Shown one piece after another: positions 40,520 through 52,048 of a DNA stretch of 64,000 nt. The notes under the pieces were generated by a model that saw nothing but the letters and a program-made list of their open reading frames with translations, made no database searches and was not told where the DNA came from. How positions within the stretch are numbered: position 1 is the stretch's first letter; each line of letters starts with the position of its first letter. The stretch is from an uncultured Verrucomicrobiae bacterium (GTDB lineage Bacteria; Verrucomicrobiota; Verrucomicrobiia; Limisphaerales; Palsa-1400): contig CAWGST010000001.1 of the NCBI GenBank assembly GCA_963825315.1, forward strand, positions 24,778 to 88,777. Direction: 5' to 3'. The position numbers and the translations under genes are program-made.

Positions 40520-40771
40520 ATGGAAACATGTCCAATTTGTGGAAAACAACTGAAGCGGCTGGCTGTCTACGCAATGCCGGGACATCCTCCGGAAATGATG
40601 TGTGATGACTGCGTAAAGGCAAAAGGACTAAGATACTGGACAACGAGAGGCGCCGACGGCCTAAAAATGACACACTCAGACGGAACAGTCGTTTTTGTCG
40701 ATGCTGCTGGCAAGGAAACCGTCGTCCATCAGCCTAAAGCCGGAAATAAATGGTGGAAGTTTTGGAAGTAG
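40520..40771 (+). CDS. Small zinc-ribbon protein with a C-terminal KWWKFWK motif (83 aa)
   Basis: CPIC...CDDC and an aromatic/basic tail. Confidence 0.7.
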   Translation: METCPICGKQLKRLAVYAMPGHPPEMMCDDCVKAKGLRYWTTRGADGLKMTHSDGTVVFVDAAGKETVVHQPKAGNKWWKFWK

Positions 40772-40834
40772 TGTCATGTTAATTTTATTAACACCAATGA
40801 AGAACCAATTCTCCGATATCACACGAAATCAAGG

Positions 40835-42514
40835 ATGCCACACATGCCAGCAAAAGGTGCGTTTCATCACAGTTCGCTAGGCCGCTATCATCCTGGCGTG
40901 TTCTACTCAGAGGCATTTTCAGGCGTGTGTTGGGAACTTGATTTTCTGTTTCCACACGGCGTCGGCCGCGAGGATCACCCTACTCTTCAGCATTGTGTCG
41001 CAAAAGACATACGTACAACGATGCTGGTCCTACCAGTCGGCTTTCCAAAGGCAGATAGCCGAGGAGGCCCACATAAAACCACTCGACTCGTCGTATTATT
41101 ACACGAAACCTCACATTTCATTCACGATCTTTCACTTGGTGCCTTCCTTGTCTGCGATTCAGTTCTCGACCTGACCAGTTTCATATTGTTTGATTGTGTG
41201 CGAAAGCTTTCATCCGAAGGTGACGTTCGATGTCCATTGCTGTCGCCACGCTTGCGATTCCAATGGGACCGCAACGCGGAGCTCGCCGACGCCTTCAGTA
41301 TCATGATTGATGCAGAATCTTGTCTGGAACGAATCATGAACGTACCTGTTGTTCTGGCTACGGACGTTGTCGTTCCACTGTGCGGCATCCCCGTAGAGAA
41401 CGCTGTTGGTTTGAGTTCTTTTTGTGGACGATCACTGGCCGAGAGTGTAGTTGCCGTAAAGACACTTGTTGCCCTCGCCGCTCGCGTCAAGGATGCCGAG
41501 GATGTCTCATATCTTGAACGGTACAAGAGCCAAATACCCATTTTGCCAGAAGATCTTCCTGAAGACTACAGCGGGCCCCGCGCTGTCTTCCACGTGGTTG
41601 TCCGTCATGTTTTAGGCTTGGACAAACCTTTGAGTGCGCCACACTGGCCTCGTGATTATTCAGACTCACTTATCAGAAAGGCCGATGTTCTATTTGTTCT
41701 TATTGGCGATTTCGCGCTTCACATCCCCCCGTACCAATTCATTCACGCGCGCATCGCCGAGGGGCGCAATTGCAGGGACGACTTTTACCCAGCGAATCGC
41801 TTCTCTCGCGCACTGAATACAATTCTTCGCGACAAGAGAGCCGCTTCGTCTTACTTTTCTGTATCAGTGCCGGATTATCCCGCTATATTCGACTGGATTG
41901 CAGCCAATCAGCAGGCGGCTTTGCCGACAATCCGAGAGACCAACGAAGCCTGGAGAACATATCTCGGGTTTAAGAAGCGCACTCGCCGAGAAGCATCAGA
42001 TGGCTTCAAATTTCGTACACTTGTGGAGCGAGATGAACGGTGGTATGATCTAATTGTGGGTGACTCACTCCTGATGTGCTGGAAACTATGGCTTCCGGTG
42101 TTTCACTTGACTCCGACGGGGTTCAAGACTCTGAGCGCATCTGCGGTTGGTGACCGGCTTTACATACACCCTTATGAAACACCGGACTTGGCCCCACTTG
42201 ATTTCTTCTTTACGAATTATGGTCTGTGGACTGACGCGGGTGGAGCTGGTCCAAGCAAGATGTTCGAGGGGCAAGCTGAGAATGAACTCATACTGCGACA
42301 GGAGGTTGTTTACCGGTCAATTTGCCGGGAGCTGCAGCGGGCAATGTTTTACAACTCTTTCGCCTCGTGCCCGTTTGCGAATGACGGATGTCGAGCAGCA
42401 ACCAAGTATTGTAGCAGAATTACGTCCCTCGGCGCGACACCCACCAACGGATGTGTTGTGCGAGAATACTTGAAGCAGAAGAAGATCGATCCAAGCAGGA
42501 TAGTCTGGACATAA
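40835..42514 (+). CDS. Uncharacterised HExxH zinc-metallopeptidase-like protein with Cys-rich C-terminus (559 aa)
   Basis: VLLHETSHFIHD, downstream SLAESVVA (candidate third ligand), C-terminal CPF..GC....YC......GC. GC is lower than in flanking genes. Confidence 0.7.
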   Translation: MPHMPAKGAFHHSSLGRYHPGVFYSEAFSGVCWELDFLFPHGVGREDHPTLQHCVAKDIRTTMLVLPVGFPKADSRGGPHKTTRLVVLLHETSHFIHDLSLGAFLVCDSVLDLTSFILFDCVRKLSSEGDVRCPLLSPRLRFQWDRNAELADAFSIMIDAESCLERIMNVPVVLATDVVVPLCGIPVENAVGLSSFCGRSLAESVVAVKTLVALAARVKDAEDVSYLERYKSQIPILPEDLPEDYSGPRAVFHVVVRHVLGLDKPLSAPHWPRDYSDSLIRKADVLFVLIGDFALHIPPYQFIHARIAEGRNCRDDFYPANRFSRALNTILRDKRAASSYFSVSVPDYPAIFDWIAANQQAALPTIRETNEAWRTYLGFKKRTRREASDGFKFRTLVERDERWYDLIVGDSLLMCWKLWLPVFHLTPTGFKTLSASAVGDRLYIHPYETPDLAPLDFFFTNYGLWTDAGGAGPSKMFEGQAENELILRQEVVYRSICRELQRAMFYNSFASCPFANDGCRAATKYCSRITSLGATPTNGCVVREYLKQKKIDPSRIVWT

Positions 42515-42536
42515 TGAACAGTGAATACAACAACAA

Positions 42537-42962
42537 ATGAAAAGTGAACGAATAATCGCCGAGGAGGATGTGGCGCTCGTCTGGGACGAAGTACAAAAGG
42601 GCCTATTACGGAAACGAGGATTCCGCACGGCGAGCGCGGGAGAATACAAGCTCGAATGGGCAGCTTTTTCGGTCTTGGTCGGCCAAATTGTTTTACCCAT
42701 AATAGTATCGCTGAGCGGGCGGGCTCTGTACGATATCTTGAAAGGCAAAACACCGGGAGCGTTGACAAAGGAGGAGCTTGAGGAGGTCTTGCGACGTTTG
42801 AAGGGTTCACAATTGGTGCTCGACAAACCACCTTCACAGGATTGCCTCACTGAATTAAACTCGCAACTCTCGCCAATGGGCTTTTCGGAAAGCGAAACCC
42901 ACGAGCTTGTTGAAAGTGTACGGAAACGCCTTGTTGAACGCAACACACAGAGAACAGAGTGA
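42537..42962 (+). CDS. Hypothetical helical protein (141 aa) with one hydrophobic segment
   Basis: WAAFSVLVGQIVLPIIVSLSGRALYDILK. Starts 22 nt after the HExxH gene. Confidence 0.7.
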   Translation: MKSERIIAEEDVALVWDEVQKGLLRKRGFRTASAGEYKLEWAAFSVLVGQIVLPIIVSLSGRALYDILKGKTPGALTKEELEEVLRRLKGSQLVLDKPPSQDCLTELNSQLSPMGFSESETHELVESVRKRLVERNTQRTE

Positions 42963-43002
42963 GAAGGTGGCCTTGCAAGTTCTCACTTTTTAAAGTAGCC
43001 AA

Positions 43003-45693
43003 CTACTGAGGCGGCGCGGCGGCGGCGGGTTCTTCGCCCTCTTCCTTTTCTTCGCTGATGACCGGGGCGATGGCCTTGAGTTTGTCGGGGCCTTCCAAGT
43101 CAATTAATTTGACGCCCTGGGTGTTGCGGCCGGCTTCGCGGATGTCGCTGACGCGCGTCCTGACCATCTGGCCAGTGACGGTGATGAGCATGATTTCATC
43201 AATATCCTTGACAGTCAGCGCGCCGACGACGCCACCCGTCTTCTCGTTGGTCTTCATCGTGATGATGCCCTTGCCGCCGCGGGATTGAGGGCGGTATTCG
43301 GCAAAATCGGTGCGTTTGCCGATGCCGTTTTCACCGGCGACAAGCAATGTCGCATCGGACACCACCACCGCCAGGGCCACGACAGCATCGGATGCTTCGA
43401 GGTTGATGCCGCGGACGCCGGCGGCGCTTCGGCCCATGGACCGGACATCGGCCTCGGAGAATCGAATGCTCATGCCTTCGCGAGTAATAAGCACCACGTC
43501 ATCACCGGGGTTTTTAACTTCGTCGTTTTCAACGATGCTGCCATGAGTGAGCTTGGCATCAATGAGTGCGTCGCCTTGTTCAACGGTGATGGCAATGATG
43601 CCGCCTTTGCGGACGTTGCCAAATTCGTTGAGCGAAGTCTTTTTGACAGTGCCTTGCCGCGTGGCAAAAAAAACTTCGTCTTGCTGCGTCCAGGTGATGT
43701 CCTCCTTGTTCGGGCCGGTTTTCGCAACAACACGAATGAGCGCGGCGATGTTTTCCCCGGCTTTCAATTCGAGCAGGTTGGCGATGCTGCGGCCCTTGGC
43801 GGCGCGGCCCATGTCCGGGATTTCATGGACGCGCTCGACATAGACCCGCCCGGTGTCGGTGAAGAACATCAGGTAATCGTGGGTGCTGGCGGTGAAGAGG
43901 TGCTCGATGAAGTCCTCGGCCTCGCCGGGCGCGGCGGATGTTTCGCGGGTGGTCATGCCGATGACGCCTTTTCCGCCGCGGCGCTGGGCGCGATAGGAAC
44001 TGACATTGGTGCGCTTGATCAACCCGGCATGGGTGATGGTGATAATGACCCCTTCGTTGGCGATCAGGTCTTCAATGGCAATGTCGCCCTCGTCGGGGAT
44101 CAACTCGGTCAAACGCGGCGTGCCGTATTTTTCCTTAATCTCCTTCAATTCCGATTTAATGATGGTGAAGACGCGCGTCTCCCTGGCCAATATATCGAGC
44201 AAATCCTTGATGCGTTCGAGCAACTGCGTGTATTCGGCCCGGACTTTGCCCATCTCCAACCCGGTCAATTGGTAAAGGCGCAATTCGAGGATGGCGTTGG
44301 CCTGGGCGTCGCTGAAGGAATAGCGCCCGCTGGTCAGGCGCGCCTCGCTGCGGATGACCACGCCGATGTGTTCGACCTGCTGGCGGGTGAAATCGAAGGC
44401 GAGCAGCTTGATTTTGGCCTCTTCGCGGTTGTTCGACTGGCGGATGATGCGGATGAATTCATCCAGGTTGGCCAGGGCGATGAGATACCCTTCCAAAGTT
44501 TCGGCGCGCTCCCCGGCCTTGCGCAATTCGAAGCGGGCGCGGCGGATGACGACTTCGCGGCGATGGTCAATGTAGCAATTGATCAGCTCCTTGAGACCGA
44601 GCGTCTTGGGGCGTCCATGATCAATGGCCAGGGCGTTGACCGCGAAGCTGCTCTCCAGGGCGGTGTGCTGGTATAAATTATTGATGACAACTTTGGCGAT
44701 GGCATCGCGCTTGATTTCAATCACCACCCGCGTGTTTTCGTCCGATTCATCGCGCACGGCGGTGATGTCGGTGATGACCTTTTCGTTGACCAGCTCGGCG
44801 ATGCGTTCGACCAGGGTGGCGCGGTTGACGTTGTACGGGATGGCGGTGATGATGATCTGCTCGCGGTTGCCTTTGAATTCTTCGACGCCCACTTTCCCGC
44901 GAATTTTGACGCTGCCCCGGCCGTCTTCGAAATACTTTTTGATTCCTTCCAACCCGAGGATCATGCAGCCGGTGGGAAAATCCGGCCCCTTGATGTGCTG
45001 CATCAATTGCTCGACGGTGATTTCAGGATTATCAATTTGGGCGCAGATGCCGTCAATCACTTCACCGAGATTATGCGGGGCCATGTTGGTGGCCATGCCG
45101 ACGGCGATGCCGGTGCCGCCGTTGACCAGGAGGTTGGGAAAGGCGGCGGGAAAAACGGTCGGCTCCTGGTGTTCCCCATCGTAATTGGGGACGAAATCCA
45201 CCGTGTCCTTGTCCATGTCGGTCATGAGGGCGGCGCCGAGATGGCGCAAGCGGGCTTCCGTGTACCGCATGGACGCCGGCGGATCGCCCTCGACCGAACC
45301 GAAATTCCCCTGCCCTTCGATGAGCATCTCGCGCATGGCCCAGGGCTGCGCCATGTGAACCAGCGTCGGGTAAATGGCCATGTCGCCGTGGGGATGGTAC
45401 TTTCCCATGGTCTCACCGACGATCCTGGCGCATTTCAATGTCTTGCGCGTGGGCAGCACCCCCAACTCATGCATGGCAAAGAGGATGCGCCTCTGCGAAG
45501 GCTTCAACCCATCGCGCACGTCCGGCAGGGCGCGGGAAATAATGACCGACATCGAGTAATCCAGGAAGGAATTCTTGATCTCGTCGGCCACGTTGATCTT
45601 CTCAATTTTTTCGTTGGCCGCGAAGAGCGGAGTGCTCCCGACCGGCAATTGATTCTTCTCGTTGGGATCGTTCTGACCGGGTTCGTCTGGCAT
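43003..45693 (-). CDS. gyrA: DNA gyrase subunit A
   Basis: DGLKPSQRR, GKYHPHGD, ASMRYTEAR, GyrA box QRRGGKG. Confidence 0.98.
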   Translation of the reverse strand: MPDEPGQNDPNEKNQLPVGSTPLFAANEKIEKINVADEIKNSFLDYSMSVIISRALPDVRDGLKPSQRRILFAMHELGVLPTRKTLKCARIVGETMGKYHPHGDMAIYPTLVHMAQPWAMREMLIEGQGNFGSVEGDPPASMRYTEARLRHLGAALMTDMDKDTVDFVPNYDGEHQEPTVFPAAFPNLLVNGGTGIAVGMATNMAPHNLGEVIDGICAQIDNPEITVEQLMQHIKGPDFPTGCMILGLEGIKKYFEDGRGSVKIRGKVGVEEFKGNREQIIITAIPYNVNRATLVERIAELVNEKVITDITAVRDESDENTRVVIEIKRDAIAKVVINNLYQHTALESSFAVNALAIDHGRPKTLGLKELINCYIDHRREVVIRRARFELRKAGERAETLEGYLIALANLDEFIRIIRQSNNREEAKIKLLAFDFTRQQVEHIGVVIRSEARLTSGRYSFSDAQANAILELRLYQLTGLEMGKVRAEYTQLLERIKDLLDILARETRVFTIIKSELKEIKEKYGTPRLTELIPDEGDIAIEDLIANEGVIITITHAGLIKRTNVSSYRAQRRGGKGVIGMTTRETSAAPGEAEDFIEHLFTASTHDYLMFFTDTGRVYVERVHEIPDMGRAAKGRSIANLLELKAGENIAALIRVVAKTGPNKEDITWTQQDEVFFATRQGTVKKTSLNEFGNVRKGGIIAITVEQGDALIDAKLTHGSIVENDEVKNPGDDVVLITREGMSIRFSEADVRSMGRSAAGVRGINLEASDAVVALAVVVSDATLLVAGENGIGKRTDFAEYRPQSRGGKGIITMKTNEKTGGVVGALTVKDIDEIMLITVTGQMVRTRVSDIREAGRNTQGVKLIDLEGPDKLKAIAPVISEEKEEGEEPAAAAPPQ

Positions 45694-45724
45694 GGAAAGT
45701 AAAGTTAGCTGGGCTGCGCGGGTT

Positions 45725-48224
<2,500 letters not shown>

Positions 48225-48363
48225 GCAACAATTTCCCTCATCAAATCTGCTCATTAAAGACACTCTGTGCGCGGTGGATTTTTGATGTCCTCCGCAACCC
48301 GATAAATTTACGAAATTACCGGTAAAGAGACAACCCTTAATTTGAGGTTTTTTTGGCCAGGAA

Positions 48364-48411
48364 CCACCATTACTGGTGGGTTTAATTTGAACGCCCCACC
48401 AACGATTGTGG
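48364..48411. promoter_or_regulatory. Two 16-bp imperfect palindromes 32 bp apart upstream of gyrB (NrdR-box-like)
   Basis: CCACCATTACTGGTGG (48364) and CCACCAACGATTGTGG (48396). Confidence 0.35.
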
Positions 48412-48509
48412 TCGCGGGGAGGGGGGGCGAATGCTAAAGGCTAAAGGCTAAAGGCTGAAGTTATGAGATCAGAGACAAGCACCCCCTCCAACTCTTCCTT
48501 TAGCCTTTA

Positions 48510-48658
48510 GAGCGGTTTAAGAAATGACGTAGCCGTCTCGACTGGTCAAACGACATTGTTTGAGAGAGGAATGGTAGGGTGGCGCTGCTGCGCCGCCGAG
48601 GCCGCGCAGCAGCGCGGCCCTACCTTGCAATGCGGCTACAGTTTTCGTGAAACCGCTC
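48510..48658. mobile_element. 149-bp MITE (TA duplication, IS630-like) carrying a GTAG-type REP, inserted in a heptamer repeat
   Basis: TA|GAGCGGTTTAAGAAATGACGTAGCCG ... CGGCTACAGTTTTCGTGAAACCGCTC|TA. Internal GGTAGGG...CCCTACC palindrome at 48573-48624. The empty site restores (TTTAGCC)n. Confidence 0.78.
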
Positions 48659-48686
48659 TAGCCTTCAGCTTTTAGCCTTTCTCTTG

Positions 48687-49571
48687 CTAGGGCGTAAGCG
48701 GGCGCACGGCCTGGATTCGATAGAATCGGTCTGGCGCGCTGGTGTCGGTGATGCTGCTCGTGGTGCTCGTGCCTTCGGGCGAAATTAACCCCACACTGTT
48801 GGTGGTCCAGTTCGCCGGGCTGAGGCTCGAGGTCTCCTCGACGTAGTAATAGCGCGTGGGCACGCTGTTCCAGGTGAGCATGGCGCTGGTGCCGCCGGAC
48901 GAAAAGCTCTCGGCGGTGATTTGCAAAATACTGTTGGCGTTGTTCGGATCCGTGCCCGCAAGGTAGTCCTGCCCGATGGTCATGCCTTTGCCCGTTGGGT
49001 CGGCGTTGGCATCGACATTGGTCGTGTCAAAGTAAGTCAGCAGCCAGGCGATGGGCAGGCCATCGGGCGCCAGCGCACCGGGCGAGATGGTGTCTGTTTG
49101 CACATAACCGTAGGCGTTGGCCAGGCTGATCCAGCCGCAATTGGCGCTCCAAACACAGCCGCTCATCTGGCCGGTAATCATATCTACGGCTGGCGCGCCG
49201 GTGCTTTCGAAATTGAGCCAGCCGATGTTCGCACCGTAAGCGTAACCGCGCAAGTTGCCCAAGCCATCCTGATTGACCCCGTAGTCACTGGCCGAGTTGT
49301 TTTGATACTGAATGCCGTTGGCGGGCGAACCGCTCCCGAGATTGATCCAGCCGACGTTGGCCGAATAAATATAGCCGGAGCAGACGTAAGCGCCGATGAC
49401 CGCGCCGTTGGCGGTTTCACCGGTCCCGCCTGACCAATCCATCCACCCGATATTCGCGCCGTAGGCGTATTTATGGATGGGATCGATGGTAGTTTGAGCA
49501 AACGCAGCAGGAAGAATTAAGAAGCAAGAAACCAGAGCAAGCGTGGCAAGGAATGAGCGTTGGGTTTTCAT
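48687..49571 (-). CDS. Secreted protein with GYAYGANIGW repeats and a C-terminal FYRI-type domain
   Basis: Signal peptide MKTQRSFLATLALVSCFLILPAAFA. Four YAYGANIGW/YSANVGW-type repeats, DYLAGTDP, RFYRIQAV. Confidence 0.8.
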   Translation of the reverse strand: MKTQRSFLATLALVSCFLILPAAFAQTTIDPIHKYAYGANIGWMDWSGGTGETANGAVIGAYVCSGYIYSANVGWINLGSGSPANGIQYQNNSASDYGVNQDGLGNLRGYAYGANIGWLNFESTGAPAVDMITGQMSGCVWSANCGWISLANAYGYVQTDTISPGALAPDGLPIAWLLTYFDTTNVDANADPTGKGMTIGQDYLAGTDPNNANSILQITAESFSSGGTSAMLTWNSVPTRYYYVEETSSLSPANWTTNSVGLISPEGTSTTSSITDTSAPDRFYRIQAVRPLTP

Positions 49572-49588
49572 GGGAAAACAGTTACCGG

Positions 49589-50938
49589 TTAATTGGAGAT
49601 ATTCGCCCAAGGACTGGTGGAGGTCGCAGCGGTCCCGACAGGGCCAAGGTCATTGCCGATGGGGACAACGTAGTTGTTGGCGCCGGCACCGGCAACGCTG
49701 TTCTTGGTGATGACGTTGGCGGTGTAGGCGCCCCCCACTTCGATTCCCGCGGTATAGACGCCCAAGACCTGGTTGCCATCGACGTAATTGGTCGAACCGG
49801 CAATGTAAATGGCCGCCGTGGGAGGATTCATCGGCGGCGGAGTACCCTTGAGAAGGGTGTACGGATAAGAGACGCAGTTGTTGCCAACAATCGAGTTGCC
49901 TCCACCCTTAGCGTAAATCCCGTAGTCAGGGGTCTGTTGGGGGATGGTTACAATGCAACCAGACACAGTGCTCTGCTCGGCGTATACGCCCTGGACGTTG
50001 CCCGTCACGCAGCAGCCGGAGATGGCGCTCTGGTAGGCTGATATGCCTGTGGCGCTGCCCGATGCCGTGCAGCCGGAGACTGTGGATTGAGTGCATTCAA
50101 TGCCCCAAACAGCATTGAAACTCGCCGAGCAAGCGGACACAACGCACCCACCGGCATAAATGCCACTGCCGCCGTTGAGCCAGGCACCGCACTGGGACAC
50201 ATTGCCATTGGCGCAATCAATGCCGTCGAACCCATTATAGTCAGCCGTGCAACCGGTGATGGTCTGGGAATCGCTGGCACCCAGGGGATCTGTTGCATCA
50301 CTGTTAACACCGAAAAACTCGAACGCACCGTTAATGCCGTACCCCCCATTGGTGACAGCCGTGCAGTCGGAAACAACGCCACCATTAAAATCAATGCCGT
50401 CCCCTCCGTTGGCTTGGGAAGTACAATGAAGAACTTCACCGGGCGCATTCAGCACGATGCCTTCCCCCAGATTGGAAGCGACATTCAGATGCTCGAACAC
50501 GATATTCTGCGATAAATAAGACCAGCTCACCAAACCTTGCCCCCAGCCGCTGACGGAGCCGTTGCGCACGGCAATGTTCTCAACCGCGTTGGGAAGATAA
50601 ATGGCAATATCGGCGCCCGGCCCGCCCTGCAAGGCAAAGCCATTCAGGTCAAGCGTGACATTGTTCGTGGTGATCTCAATCCCGTTTTGGCCGCTGAGGC
50701 CGGCGATGTTATTCGTCAGATAATACGAGCCTGGCTGGCCGATGATGTATGAATTACCCGAGTCCCCTGGCGTGTGGTAGTGGTTGACAATGGTCCGCGG
50801 CTCGACCTCCGCGAGCGTCTTCATGGTCCGCCCGGGCGGTCCCGGCGGTTCGAGGGGGCCTCCGGCAAAGCCGGATTGAACAGTGAGGAACAGGCCGCAG
50901 ACAGAAGCCGCGGTGACAAGCGCATTTCTTATTTTCAT
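49589..50938 (-). CDS. Secreted right-handed parallel beta-helix repeat protein
   Basis: GPLEPPGPPGRTMKTLAEVEPRT, PGSYYLT, VTLDLNGF, repeated C-T-A-x-x-N-G-x-x-G-I units. Confidence 0.85.
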   Translation of the reverse strand: MKIRNALVTAASVCGLFLTVQSGFAGGPLEPPGPPGRTMKTLAEVEPRTIVNHYHTPGDSGNSYIIGQPGSYYLTNNIAGLSGQNGIEITTNNVTLDLNGFALQGGPGADIAIYLPNAVENIAVRNGSVSGWGQGLVSWSYLSQNIVFEHLNVASNLGEGIVLNAPGEVLHCTSQANGGDGIDFNGGVVSDCTAVTNGGYGINGAFEFFGVNSDATDPLGASDSQTITGCTADYNGFDGIDCANGNVSQCGAWLNGGSGIYAGGCVVSACSASFNAVWGIECTQSTVSGCTASGSATGISAYQSAISGCCVTGNVQGVYAEQSTVSGCIVTIPQQTPDYGIYAKGGGNSIVGNNCVSYPYTLLKGTPPPMNPPTAAIYIAGSTNYVDGNQVLGVYTAGIEVGGAYTANVITKNSVAGAGANNYVVPIGNDLGPVGTAATSTSPWANISN

Positions 50939-51205
50939 AACAAGCTTTTTTGGTTCGGTTTGAAACGACTATTCGTATTCAGGAGTTTTTAATGCGCCGC
51001 AGGAACAAAATGCAAGCTTTATTTGCATTTCTTATGCAAGTATCATTGTGTCTAATATAAATGACATGTTCCATGAGAGCGGCTGATGGCTTCTTAATTT
51101 CCCGGATTCTGCCTTCCTTCTGTCCTTCCCCTGGCCCCGCTCAAATAAAGACGATAAATGTCGCGAACGATGCCGAATTCGTTTTGCCCGGCAAGTCCAA
51201 GTTGA

Positions 51206-51955
51206 TTATTTCAGGCCGATGCGGGGATCGGGAATGCCGAGGGCGCGCTTGATCTTGAGCAGGTCCTGCAATTGGGCGTTGGAAAAAGTTTTCAACGGAG
51301 GTCCCAGTTGAGCCGCGATCACGATGGTGTGGCAATAGGCCTCGATGATTTCCATTTTGAAGTAGGCATCCTCGAGGCTGACATGGCTCCAGGAGACAAC
51401 GCCATGATTGGCCATGAGAATGGTGTTGTGATGATCGGTCAGATCGGCGACGAGTTTGCCCATTTCCGGGGTGCCGGGCGTGCGGTAGGGCGCAATCGGA
51501 ACCTTGCCGATGCAAACTTCCATTTCCTGGATCAGGCAGGCCGGCGGCACCACGCCCGCCACGGCAAAGGCAGTGGCATGGGGCGGATGACAATGGACCG
51601 TGGCCGCCGCGCGGGCCTGGCGTTTCATGATCTGCAAGTGCATCAAGATTTCGCTGGTGCGCTTCTTCATGCCGGCAAGCTGGTTGCCATCGAAGTCCAC
51701 CAGGCACATGTCTTCCGGCTTCATGAAGCCTTTGGAAACGAGGGTCGGCGTGCACAGGGCCAGATTTTCGCCGACTCGAATGGCCATGTTCCCGCCATTG
51801 CCATCAACGTAGGCGCGGGACCAGAGGCGCCGGCCCATATCGCAGAGCTGCAGCTTGAGCGCGTGGACTTCGGGCGAATTGAAAAAGGTCCTGATCCCGG
51901 ACGGCGCGCTGGACGGAGTCACTGTTTTGGCATCTCCTTTCTTGACAGATTTCAT
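51206..51955 (-). CDS. Class II aldolase/adducin family protein
   Basis: GNGGNM, TSEILMH, VHCHPPHATAFA, LMANHGVV. Confidence 0.9.
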   Translation of the reverse strand: MKSVKKGDAKTVTPSSAPSGIRTFFNSPEVHALKLQLCDMGRRLWSRAYVDGNGGNMAIRVGENLALCTPTLVSKGFMKPEDMCLVDFDGNQLAGMKKRTSEILMHLQIMKRQARAAATVHCHPPHATAFAVAGVVPPACLIQEMEVCIGKVPIAPYRTPGTPEMGKLVADLTDHHNTILMANHGVVSWSHVSLEDAYFKMEIIEAYCHTIVIAAQLGPPLKTFSNAQLQDLLKIKRALGIPDPRIGLK

Positions 51956-51975
51956 GGCGATAATCTCACTTCAAA

Positions 51976-52048
51976 AATCCTAATCTTAATCCTAATCCTA
52001 ATCTCCCTCATTCGGATTAAGATTAGGATTAAGATTAAGATTAAGATC
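51976..52048. repeat. Inverted hexamer microsatellite hairpin overlapping the GT9 3' end
   Basis: aatcctaatcttaatcctaatcctaatct...ggattaagattaggattaagattaagattaagatc. Translated as DLNLNLNPNLNPN. Confidence 0.8.

Noticed and set aside
40260-40834. Integron attI/attC around the KWWKFWK gene
   Set aside because: No convincing RYYYAAC...GTTRRRY attC fold and no integrase. Only a small TGTTAAT/ATTAACA hairpin follows the gene.
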